From Squalus acanthias (taxonomy: Eukaryota): 64,000 bases of DNA. The stretch spans positions 98,644,001 through 98,708,000 of the forward strand of contig CM059432.1 of NCBI GenBank assembly GCA_030390025.1. Direction: 5' to 3'. The translations under genes and the position numbers were made by a program. This document shows positions 48,850-60,879 of the stretch, one piece after another. A model generated the notes under the pieces. That model searched no databases. It saw only the letters and a list, made by a program, of their open reading frames with translations, and had not been told where the DNA came from. The first letter of the stretch is position 1; every line of letters starts with the position of its first letter.

Positions 48850-50480
48850 TGATGTTCAACACCCATGGAACTGAAGCTGAATATCCAATCCTGATGAAGC
48901 AAGTTAGTGTGGACACCTTCCTAGACCAGTGGAGGACATGTATGTATTATATAACTGTACTGTTGGCAAATACTGTTTCACTTCATATCTACATGAACAA
49001 GTATCTAACACAGACACCACAATGCTGTCAAGAATCAGTTGCAGTTCCAGACCTAAGCAAGCTGTTTGAATACAGCTGCAACACTGGCATCTACCCGACA
49101 ATGTGGAAAACTGTCCAGGTATATCTAGTCCACAAAATGCAGGATAAATCCAACCCAGTCAATAATTGTCCTATCAGCTTACGCTCAATCATCAGTGCTG
49201 TGATGGCAGGAGTTGTCAACAGTGCTATTAAGCAGCACTTACTCACAAATAACCTGCTCACTGAAGCTTAGTTTAGATTCCGTCAGGACCACTCGGCTCC
49301 AGACCTCATTACAGTGTTGGTCCAAACATGGACAAAAGAGCTGAAGTCCAGAGGAGAGGTGAGAGTGACTGCCCTTGACATCAAGGCAGCATTTGACCTC
49401 GAGTGAGGTACCAAGGAGCCCTAGTAAAATTGAAGTCAGTGGGAATCAGGGGGAAACCTTTTCATTGGCTGGAGTCATACCTAGCACAGAGGAAGATGGA
49501 TGTGGTGTTTGGAGGCCAATCATCTCAGCCCTAGGACATCACTGCAGGAGTTCCTTAGGGCCGTGTCCTAGGCCCAACCATCTTCAGCTGCTTCATCAAT
49601 GACCTTCCCTCCATCATAAGGTCAGAAGTGGGGATGTTCGTTGATGATTGCACAGTGTTTAGATCCATTCGCAATTCCTCAGATAATGAAGCAGTCCATG
49701 CCCGCATGCAGCAAGACCTGGACCATGTCCAGGCTTGGGCTGATAAGTGGCAAGTAATATTCGTGCCACACAATTGCTAGGCAATAAACATCTCCAACAA
49801 GAGAGTGTCTAACCACCGCTCCTTGACATTCAATGGCATAACCATCGTCGAATCCCCCAGCATCAACATCCTGGGGGTCATCATTTACCAGAAACTTAAC
49901 TGGACCAGCCAGATAAATACTATGGTTGCAAGAGCAGATCAGAGGCTGAATATTCTGCAGCGAGTGACTCACCACCTGACTCCCCAAAGCCTTTTCTCCA
50001 TATAAGGCACAAGTCAGGAGTGTGATGGAATACACTCCAGTTTCCTGGATGAGTGCAGCTCCAACAACACTCAAGAAGTTTAACACCATCCAGAATAAAG
50101 CAGCCCGCTTGATTGGCACCCCATCCACCACCATAAACATCACTTCCTCCACCACTGGTGTACCGTGGCTGCAGTGTGTACCATCTAGAAGATGCACTGT
50201 GGCAACTCACCAAGGCTTCTTTGATAACACCTCCCAAACCCATGACATCTCGAAGGACAATGGAAGCAGTATATGTCATAAACCATCATGACTTGGAAAT
50301 TTATCACGTTCCTACATTGTCATTGCATTAAAATCCTGGAATTCCCTACTAAACAGCACTGTGGGAGTACATACAGCACACGGACTGCAGCGGTTCACCA
50401 CCACCTTCTCAAGGGCAATTAGGGGTGGGCAATAAATGCTGGCCTTGCCAATGACACCCACATTCTATGAATAAATACAT
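48850..50480 (+). mobile_element. LINE family B derivative (non-coding 5' segment plus RT 3' part)
   Basis: RT-to-tail region colinear with 42805-44300; 5' ~190 bp shared with 13955-14125. Confidence 0.85.
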
Positions 50481-50639
50481 TTTTAAAAAAGTATTTGGGA
50501 AAACATTTAAGCATTTAAACTCATTAACAGGAGAGATCAAACTGAACAGGCTATACTGCAGTTTTTGTTACTTAAGGGGCACTATACTGGTTGCCTTTTT
50601 GTTCCGTTCCGAGCTGGCGCTAAAGGGACCAAGTAGTCA

Positions 50640-52765
50640 CACACAGGAGTGCTGCCTGACAGGCAACAGCAAGGGCACTGGTGGAGTGGCAGGTTTGGGA
50701 GCAGATACGCTATCACCCTGAGAGCCTTCTTCTGCAGCCTGACCCATCGAAGTCCGCATCTATGTCCTCTCCAGTAGAACAATATGTGACCTCACCCACC
50801 GGCGAGCTGATACCTGTGGCGTCCTGTCGTCTCGCCCTGGCTCCTGCACATTTCTGCCCGATGATTCACTATGTGCAGAACCCTCCTCTAATCTAGCCTC
50901 TAAAGTCTGCGTAGTGTCAGTCTCTAAGCTGGTTGCTGCAAGTGTAAGAGCAAGTGATAGTGCACCTTCATCATCGCTCTCTTCACCTTCCTCCACTGTA
51001 TGAGCACCTTCAACATCCCGGTGGCCTGATGTAAAAAAAGGACAAGGATTAGGTTGTGGTGTGAGGAAAGGAGAGAGGGAGAAGTTTGTGCTGACAGCAT
51101 CTGCAGCTTCTCATTCAGAATGTGCGGGGTGATGGAGATGTGAGAGAAGAGAAGGAGGATTAAGTATGCAAATCCCTGTTCAGTGATTCCTTCAACATCG
51201 CCAGTGACCACAGCCTCCGCAATGCCCATTCCTATTATGGACAGCACCATTTCCTCAAGGAGGGAAAGGATGTGAAGACATCGTGCTCCTCTACCAGTTG
51301 CACTCTGCTGCTTCCCAATTATATATCACCTTCTCCTCTTCTCCTGCAAGAAAGCGGGAAGTGAATTAGTGAGAGTCTTGTGATATGTTTCGGTGATGTG
51401 GCTGTTATGGTTGAACAACTGCCAGGGTATGTGTGAGATGTGAGTGTGGGTGTGAAGTTTGCAATGGTGCTGAGTGTGTGAGGGTGAGGTTAAGCATTTG
51501 AATTGAAGCATTTAGCACTGACTGATACAGATTGCCAGTGGGTGGAGGATGGGGGTGTTGCAAATTCAGCAGTTGATGAGGCAAGACCGCCTACTTCCAT
51601 CTCCGTAACATACCCTGTTTCCGCCCCTGCCTCAACTCATCTGCTGCTGAAACCCTCTTCCATGCCTTTGTTACCTCTGGACTTGACTATTCCAATGCTC
51701 TCCTGGCCGGCCTCCCAACTCATCCAAACCTCCGCTACCCATATCCTAACGCACACTAAGTCCCATTCACCCATCACCCCTGTGCTCACTGACCTACATT
51801 GCCACCTGGTCCGGCAACACCTCAATTTTAAAATTCTTATTTTCAAATCCCTCCATGGCCTCGCTCCTCCTTATCTCTGTAACCTCTTCCAGCCCTACAA
51901 CACTCCGAGATCTCTGCGCTCCTCCAATTCTGGCCTCTTGCGCATCCCTGATTTTAATCTCTCCACTAATGGAAGCTGTGCCTTCAGGTGCCTAGGCCCT
52001 AAGCTCTGGTATTCCCTCCCTAAGCCTCTCCGCCTCTCTACCTCTCTCTCCTCCTTTAAGACACTCCTTTGACCAAGTTTTTGGACACCTGTCCTAATAT
52101 CTCCTTATGTGGCTCGGTGCTTGATAACACTCCTGTGAAGCACCTTGGAACTTTTTACAACATTAAAGGCACTATATAAATACAAGTACTTGTTGTAGTG
52201 GTGCAGCTATATTGAGATGCCATTTGAAGATTAATCTTATCTTGAAAACTCTTGTTAAACCACTGAACTTCTTCCTGCACTGCATTCATGTATGAAGAGC
52301 CACACTCTTGGTATTCACCTCATCAGCTACTCTTCCCACTGCTTTTGCATCAGATGCCCGGAAGGCTTTCTGCCCCTCAGCGGATACAAGAGGTCCCTCC
52401 TCCTTTCTGCATCCTGCACCAAGGCCTCCAGCGCAGCATCCGAGGACCTTGGTGCTTGCTCCCTGCCAGCTTCTGCCTTTATTCAACAATGAAAGATCTT
52501 CCAGTTAACTTCCAGCCACATTGCACTTCCCCTTTCAAGAAGTGCTGGCTGCCTTTAAATAGCATTGCCCACTTCCCATATCAGGCCCCCTCCTCATGTG
52601 TGCAGCCAATGAACAGCCCGGGTAGTGATGGCTGCACAGCAGCAATCATTGCAATCAACAGGCATATGGATTTTACATGCTGCCTGCACTGTTATGAACA
52701 GGCACGAGTTAATCGCGTACTGCGATCCCTGTGCCCGTTTTCCCGCACTGTGCAATTTAACCCTC
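50640..52765 (-). pseudogene. Harbinger Myb/SANT gene remnant and terminus, split by L2
   Basis: MEEGEESDDEGALSLALTLA (exon 3), VLSIIGMGIAEAV (exon 2), MQCRKKF-like exon 1 at ~52260-52290; subterminal sequence matches 63840-63985. Confidence 0.7.
51590..52197 (+). mobile_element. L2 LINE 3' portion
   Basis: SPITPVLTDLH..FKSLHGLAPPYL; L2 3' UTR. Confidence 0.9.
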
Positions 52766-53807
52766 CCGTGTATCTGAACCCCAAAGTACCTCTGCTTTCC
52801 TATTTTTTTAAAATCATTTAGTGTACTTGTATTCTCCTGATTGTTCCTCCCAAAATGCATCACCTCACATTTCTCCCCAATAAATTTCATCTGGCATCTG
52901 TGCAATCAACTGTAATACAATATCTGTGCCTTCCTGAGTTAGCTTATAAATAATGAAACACGTTTCCTATTTTTGACATTCTGTTCACATATCCAAGTCC
53001 AAATCATTTATAGGGGAAAACATCACTGTTTAATTCCTTCCAGTACAAAAAATATCCATTAACCTCTTTTGTTTGTTTTCTATCCTTTCACCAACTTCCT
53101 ATCCATACTGTCACATTCTCTTTAATCCCATCCATCTATCCATCTATCTATCTATCTATCTACCTATGAATCCTGTATATCTGAACTCCCAGGCAAGAAC
53201 TTTCTGATTGGTTCAGTGTAGGCTCAGGTCTTATCTTTATGATTGGTTTGATACCATCATTTTTTATTCATCAGTTGAATAACCAATAGTATTGTGGTGA
53301 ATACAACTAACAGCCAGTTTAATAAAGTTTAGAAATTTAACGAAAAGTCTTGAAAGCTGGATTTAATTTTTGCCTGCCTGTCACATCGTTGAAATTTGAC
53401 CCTAACATTCATTGTAACCCCTAATCAGATTTAGTTGGCATATTTAGCAGATGTGTTTGAAATTCACCTGCTTTTCTTGCACCAATGCGGAACAAATAAT
53501 TTTGTAATACATGACCCTTCAATACATAGAGACAAATATATTCATTCACTTCAGTTTTCTCATTATTCCAGCAGTCTTTTATGTGTAGCTCTGCTGTTTG
53601 CTTACATGATTGGATCAATCCATCTGTGCTACTTATACTTTATATGTAATTAGTAGTTAGCTTTAGATCAAATTTTCACACAATGTTTATGGTGAGAGCA
53701 AATATTGATTTTTCTAATGCTTTTTACAGAATAATAGGGAATATAAATATGCCTGATCAAAATAGCTCCTTTCTAAACTATTTATAAAAATATAAAAAAG
53801 TACACTG

Positions 53808-54600
53808 ACCTGGATTTTATCCTGGGGGTGAGTTCTGCGCGCGGGTGTTGTTCTGACGGGTTTTCCGAATGTCCTGCAGAATTTAACTGCAGGGCTCCTT
53901 TAAGTGGTGTTCCCGCCCACAGACAGCCTGATTGACAGGCTGGAGGCCTTCTGGGCGGGAAGCCCGCTTCACAAGGCCAAAGCCAATAAGAGCAGGTAGG
54001 GGGCGGGGTCTGGATCGCGAGTGGGTCCGAATCGCAGGGGGTCTGGATCGCGGGGTAGGGGGGAGCGCAGTCTGGGGCGTCCCAATTGCGGGGGTGGGGA
54101 TGGTTCCGATGGTGGTCTGGAGGGGTCTCAATTGCAGGGGGGGTGTCCAATGGTGGTCAGTGGAGGGGGGGCAGATAGTGATTGGGGGGGGGATCTGATG
54201 GTGGTCGGGGGGGGGGTGGTGGTGGCAGATGGCAGCCAGGAGAGGGTCAGATGGTGGGGGGTGGAGGGGGTGGGTGGAGTGCAGACGGATCGCAGGGCGG
54301 TGGGGAGCGGTTTACAGTGTTGCTTGTTGGGCCTGGAGGAAACACTCCTGCTCCTCCTGGCCCACAAACAGTGCTGTAAAGATCATGGATTCAGCCCTTC
54401 TTGCCTGCTTTCGGCTGCCAAGTTTCCCGAGGCCCAGGAAACCCGGCCGCCTGTGGTTAAAATAGAAAGACTGTTAAAATGAAGGCAGAAAGCCACATTA
54501 TAATATTTAAATGACCAACCCGCTTCCCACGAGCGGATTAGTCGCCCGCCCCTCATCCTGCCTCCGTTAAAATCGGTTGTGAGCGGGTTTGAGGCAAGTT
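53808..54600. mobile_element. G-rich MITE-like repeat
   Basis: CCTGGATTTTA terminus, internal GGGG-rich tandem units; similar blocks in 16428-17055. Boundaries approximate. Confidence 0.5.
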
Positions 54601-55279
54601 CTAGTTTGCGATACTAGTTTTCTATTATCTAAAGCTAACTTAAGATCTGAAATTATCATTGATTTGTTGCACTGCTGAAAAAAAATTGTTCACTTATGTA
54701 AAGAGTTCAACAGCCAGGAAATAATAATTTTTTTGTTACTTATTTGATTTAATTGCTTCAATGTACTTCAGCTAATTGGACTTTTAAATTGTAAACAACT
54801 GAAATATTAATCACAAATGATATTCAAACTGACAAGCTGAGAGAATTAATCACATTTGCTCTGTGATGCAGCAAAGACCATTGCTTGAAATAGTTACTTT
54901 TTTATTTTAATCATAACTGGCCTAGATGGATATTTTAATTTATGCTTCACTCCTCATCAGAATGGATTCATTTGTAAGAAAACGATGTTCAGGTAGGGAG
55001 GCCTTCTTGCTGGTTGGCTACCAAGGTGACAAATTGACCAGCCAGCTGCAGTTGGCCCTTAAAGGAAAGACTCAATAGCAGTTTTGGATTGCAGCATACT
55101 GCTTGGAGTTATTCGGAAATTAGTCGAGGGCAAGAAGCCAGCTTTCAACCCAATGCTTTGGAAGTGCTGAATAGCAGCGGCAAAAGGGGCTGGTGTTATG
55201 CCGCTCTTTGGGGGGGCAGAACACCACACCTCATCCTGAAACCAGACACTCTAACTGCCTGGAAGGAGACAACACAGTG

Positions 55280-55670
55280 AATTAATGCTGTGTCCCAGAA
55301 CAGGCAGATCTGTCTGCAGCATGTTGTACAATTCTGTCACTGCCTCCCTGGTGAATTGGGGTCTTTGAAGGCATTGCTCCTCTGTCAAATTAAGATAATT
55401 CTCTTGTGTGCAGTATATGCAGTTGGCAGGTTAACAGCATGTGGGAACACTCCTCCGATAATGAAGCCATGCTTCCCTGTCATCCAAACGTTCTTCCTAC
55501 TCCTCCTTCTCTGCAGAAAACTGTGTGTAACTCCCCGACTCTCCTTCAAACCTCCTGGATACAGGGCGAATTTACACCATTTCTCTGGGATTTTCACAGA
55601 TCTTTCCCCAAAGTCGCAGCAGGCAATCAGGAGAACCCCTACGGAAATTCACCCCCAAAGATTTCAGGCA
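55280..55670 (-). pseudogene. Harbinger transposase N-terminal remnant
   Basis: Minus-strand translation RENYLNLTEEQCLQRPQFTREAVTELYNMLQTDL aligns with SYIHMSEELCLRRLRFSKEVVTELCHLLQPDL of the intact transposase. Confidence 0.65.
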
Positions 55671-57709
55671 AGGGATTAATTTATTTTTCACTTTTACACA
55701 TTTATGAGCCGCAGGTGGCCCTGGTTAGTTATAGCACAGTTATGTTATGTCCGAATAAACAATCAAATTGGTAGTAACGTAATGGCCGCTTTATTTTGCA
55801 GACCCTCGGGAACATCCCCCTCAAAGAAGAATAAAAATCAATACAAGAGAGACATTGTAGTTTAATTGCTACAATGTGCTTACTCCCATCAGATGGCCAC
55901 TTCGTGTTCAATTAATAATATGCAAGTACCATACACATCACCTGATACAGAGTGAAGCTGAATCCCAGCAATATACCTTAACCCCAATCAGAGGAGACCA
56001 CCACCTGCTGCCCCAGTGAGACATTTCTGTTTCCAACAGTAATATACTTGTCGATTTTCTGAGTGCAACAGTCTATTCAAGGGTAAAATGTACAAATTTC
56101 TGATATTTAGTAGCAGAGCCCTGTAGGACTTTTAAAATAAAATATGAATTCATTAGAGGGGACAGAAGGGCAAATCTGTAAAATGATCTGTAAAATTAGT
56201 GCCAAATCATCGACAGTTTTGCAATGGGACTCCCAACCACCAAGAACTGGTTTTATAGGAACCTTTCAGTTGATTGGTGGGGCGGCGGGGGGCGGGGGGG
56301 GGGGGTCAGGTGGAGAAGAGAGACAGGAGCGGTGTTTGCCTTGTGGGGAATGTTCAGGTTGGGCCCCTAATTATTACCTACAGTTCGTAAGAACTGAATT
56401 CGGTATTTTTCTTCCAGCTCAGTCCTGACTGCGAGAGGTGAAGAGGTGGCGCTAAGGTCGGAGCTCGCTGCAGGCTGCAGCATGTCCTTTGGATTACAAC
56501 TCACTGTAGGAAAGCTGCATATCCGCCGCTCAGCACCCCTGACTGGCTCGGGGCCCTGTGCAATTGCATGGATTGCACGGCCTTAAAACCGCCCCTGAAG
56601 AGAGAGACAGACTGAGAGAAACTATAATTATATCAACTTGGCTTAGTGTGAACACAGATCTCAGAGGTGAAAGTTCAATCCTTTCACTATGAATCACATT
56701 AATTTACTGAAGTTAGCATTGCCTCATCCTATTCCATTACTTTCTATGATTTTCTGTTTCATATAATTGAAAGCCAATTTTCCTCCATAAAGAATCAGTG
56801 CAGTAAGGAAATAAATGACAAATGTTGAATAGGTCATTAAATCTCGTCAGAGAAAATAAATGACATGACACGTGTAAATAGATAAATATATGAAACAGCA
56901 GAGTCTCAACGTTGCAACATTAGGTACTATTTTCCTAGATGGTTCACAGATTTAGGTTCAAATATTGGCAAATTTAAAACAGCATGAAAGTAGAAGATGA
57001 AAAGCTATAATTACTGTTATCGTAATGAGAACAACCACATGAGCCGTCAATAATCTGGACATTCATTTTGATTCTGTAAGGTCTTCAAAGTGACTGCAAA
57101 AAAAAAAAATCAATTGGAAATTTGTGACTTTGAAGTCAGGAACTGGTGGAAACTGCAGCACAAGTAAAGTTTCTTCTAGAGACATGCAAAATCGGTAAGA
57201 ACATAATTGCTCCAAAGGTCTAGGGGGCCCATTGCGCTCTTTCACAATTGGTGCTGGCTCCTTGCACTATTATGCGCTGAGGCCCGAAGCCTTCAAAGTA
57301 TCTGATGTACTGTGCATATAATAATCTAACCCAAAAAACACCTGTTGGACTTAAAGTTTGCACAAGGTTCATTAAGGTTCCAATTTTAATGCAAATTAAG
57401 GAAGTCTCCATCATGTGTTTGCAGTACCAAAAAGCATGGGAGAGAAATGGGGCTCTGTAGCGCCCATTTTTTGGGGTGCTACATGGCCTCTTAATGGTGA
57501 AAAATGGGGTTCAAGATGCGCGCGCACACTTCTGACAGGAAGTGTGTCGGACGCCATCTTGGTAAAGGGATTTGCATGCACACACCTAACGACCACCGGC
57601 AGCATGCAGAGCGGGCAGATTATGACGTCCATCAGTGTGCAACGCTGATTTGATGCCAGCATTGCCATTTTCGAATGTCACGCTCCAGCCTATGCCTTGT
57701 CTTAACCTG

Positions 57710-59060
57710 GAAAAAACTCTCTTCCCAACTCTCTTACAACTGCACGTATGAAATCTGAGCTGTTCTGCCTATGGCCCTCCTTTCACCATGCCATTTTTGG
57801 AGCTACCGATCTGCTCAGCCACACCATCACCACCACCTTTGATGCTGTACTTCCTATTAAAACCATTACTCTCTCTCACCCTGACCGTTCCCCCTGGTAT
57901 GGCTTTCAACTTTGCTAGCTTGAGTCCAAGCTAATCGTAGCCAGAGAATCACCTGCAATTGCTTCTCTTCTCGCTCTTGCATCGTTACCTCTGGTGTCCC
58001 CCAAGGATCTATCTTTGGTCCCCTACTATTTCTCATCTACATGCTGCCCCTTGGCGACATCATCTGAAAACACAGTGTCAGTTTCCACATGTACGCTGAC
58101 GACACCCAGCTCTACCTCACTACCTCTTCTCTCAACTACGCCACAGTCTCTAAATTGGCAGACTGCTTGTCCAACATCCAGTACTGGATGAGCAGAAATT
58201 TTCTCCAATTAAATATTTGGAAGACCAAAGCCATTGCCTTTGGTCCCCGCAACAAACTCCGTTCCCTAGCCATCGACTCCATCCCTCTCCCTAGCATCTG
58301 TCTGAGATTGAACCAGACTGTTTGCAACCTTGGTGTCATATTTGACCCTGAAATGAGCTTCCAATTACATATCCGCGACATAACTAAGACTGCATATTCC
58401 CACCTCCGTAACATCGCCCATCTCCACCCCTGCCTCAGCTCATCTGTTGCTGAAACTCTCATCCATACCTTTGTTACCTCTAGACTTGACTATTTCAACG
58501 CTATCCTGGCTGGCCTCCCACGTTCTACCCTACGTAAACTTGAGGTCTTCCAAAACTCAGCTGCCTGTGTCCTAACTCGCACCAAGACCCATTCACCCAT
58601 CACCCCTGTGCTCATTGACCTACATTGGCTCCCAGTTAAGCAACGCCTCGATTTTATAATTCTCATCCTTGTTTTTAAATACCTCCATGGCCTCGTCCCT
58701 CCCTGTCTCTGTCATCTCCTCCAGCCCCACAACCCTCCGAGATATCTGAACTCCTCCAATTCTGCCCTCTTGAGCATCCCTGATTATAAGCGCTCAACCA
58801 TTAGTGGTTGAGCCGTCAGTTGCCTAGGCCCTAAGCTCTGAAATTCCCTCCTTAAACCTTTCTGCCTCTCTACCTCTCTTTCCTCCTTTAAGACGCTCCT
58901 TAAAACCTACCTCTTTGACCAAGCTTTTGGCCATCTGCCCTAATTTCTCCTTATGTGTCTTGGTATCAAATTTTTGTCTTATAACACTCCTGTGAAGCAC
59001 CTTGGGACATTTTACAATGTTAAAGGTCCAATATAAATCCAAGTTGTTGTTGTTGTTGTA
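57710..59060 (+). mobile_element. L2 LINE fragment
   Basis: YADDTQLY, NLGVIFD, SRLDYFNAIL; (TTG)n tail. Confidence 0.92.
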
Positions 59061-59229
59061 GCAATTGCATGTGTTTTTGGAACTTTTTGATACTTGCCTA
59101 AAGTTTCAATAGTCTACAGGGTGGTGTGGCTGGTGCTGAAGTATGTTTTTGTTCATTTAAAAGTTTGTGCTGAAACATGTTGCTTCCAGACATAGGTAAA
59201 CTGATAAGCTTTCCTCTTCAAATTGAGCA

Positions 59230-60690
59230 TGACTGGGAGAATGAAGAGAGGCCATGCAGAGCAGAACAAGCTGCTAGAAGAGGGAGGAGCAGGAGGGGGA
59301 GAAGGGCACTCAGCAGGAAGCCATATCTGCTGAGGGACTTTAGGAGCAATTCTGTTACCGCAACTTCAGCAACGACCAATGCTTGAGGTGTCTTTGCTTC
59401 ACTAAAGAAGTCATCTCTGAAAACTGCCAACTGCGGTAGCCCCAACTGCAACCTCAAAGCAGGACAAGGACAGCATTGCCTGTGGCTGTCAAGGTAACCG
59501 TGGCTCTTAACTTTTATGCATCTGGATCCTTCCAGCTGCTGCTGGAGATATAAACAACATCTCGCAGTTTGCAGTGGACTGCTGCATAGGGAAAGTCACT
59601 GAGGTTCTCTATACACAGAGAGACAGCTTCATCTCATTCCCTCTTGCCAGAGACAAGTAAGTGGAGCGAGCATGAAGGTTAAAGAAAAAAAAAGAAAGAA
59701 TTGCATTTATATCGCGCCTTTTACGATCTCAGGACGTCCCAAAGCGCTTTACAGCCAATGAAGTACTTTTCAAGTTTAATCACTGTAGTAATGTAGGAAA
59801 CGGGGCAGCCAATTTGTGTGCAGCATGCTCCCACAAACAGCAATGTGATAATGACCAGATAATCTGTTTTTAGTAATGCTGATTGAGGGATAACTATTGG
59901 CTAAGACACCGGGGATAACTCCCCTGCCCTTTGTCGAAATAGTGCCATGAGATCTTTTACATCCACCTGAGAGGGCAGGCGGGGCCTCGGTTTAACGTCT
60001 CATCTGAAAGACGGCACCTCCGACAGATTGCAGGCTTCTCAGTGGTGCAGGGTGCCATTGCCTGCACTCACATTGCCTTGCGTGTGCCTCATGTGAACTC
60101 GGCCATTTTCATGAACCGAAAGGGATTCCACTGTCTCAATGTGCAGCTGGTGTGCGACCACAGGTCGCGCATCATACAGGGGAATGCCCGTTATACTGGC
60201 AGTAGTCACAATTCCTTCATTCTGTGGCAGTCCTTTGTGCCACGGCAAGTTAAAGGGTGGCTACTGGGCGACAAGGTTATCCACTCATGTCATGGCTCAT
60301 GACTCCAGTCCAGAACCCACACACATATGCACACCAAGCCGACAATGAGAGACATGCTGCCACAAGGAACATTATAGAGCACACCATTGGCATCCTCAAG
60401 CAACACGTCCGCTGTCTGGACCGCTCTGGAGGAGCTCTGCAGTACTCAGCTGAGCGGTATCAAGATTTGTAGTAGTATGCTGCATACTGCTTAATCTGGC
60501 CATTATGAGGGAACAGCCCTTACCACCACATATCAGGTGAGGAGCTGAACAGCAGGAGGATGATGAGGAGGAAGAAGTGGAGGAGGAGTAAGTGCAACAG
60601 GAAGTGGAGGAACACAAAGAGGAAGGTAGGCTACAACGTAGACATCCGCTTTCTACCTGATCTCTGTGTGATCAAATAATTAATGAGTGA
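59230..60690 (+). pseudogene. Harbinger transposase pseudogene
   Basis: VAVKVTVALNFYASGSFQ, VQGAIACTH, NRKGFHCLNVQLVCD, WLLGDK, RNIIEHTIGILK; frameshifts and a SINE insertion. Confidence 0.9.
59680..60026 (-). mobile_element. Deu-domain SINE, 5'-truncated
   Basis: GGTGCCGTCTTTCAGATGAGACGTTAAACCGAGGCCCC core and L2-type tail AAAGCGCTTTGGGACGTCC..ATATAAATGCAA. Confidence 0.85.
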
Positions 60691-60879
60691 TACCAGTAAC
60701 CTCAACCACAACTCTCCATTCACCAACAGTCCCACGCTCCTTACCTTTCCTCTGTCACTGACCATCACATTGTCCTCTTTCCGACAACAAAAAATAAAAG
60801 CCACCAGAAAATTTACATTGCAATCCAAATTTAGAAATTCAATCAATAGATAATGTATACAAAAATAAACTAATCACCC

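Noticed and set aside
53130..53166. (ATCT)n microsatellite
   Set aside because: Ordinary short tandem repeat next to a CR1 fragment.
54961..54992. Possible micro-exon (CATCAG|...CAG|GTAGGG)
   Set aside because: Gives a stop in the phase required by the 15555 exon; no supporting evidence.
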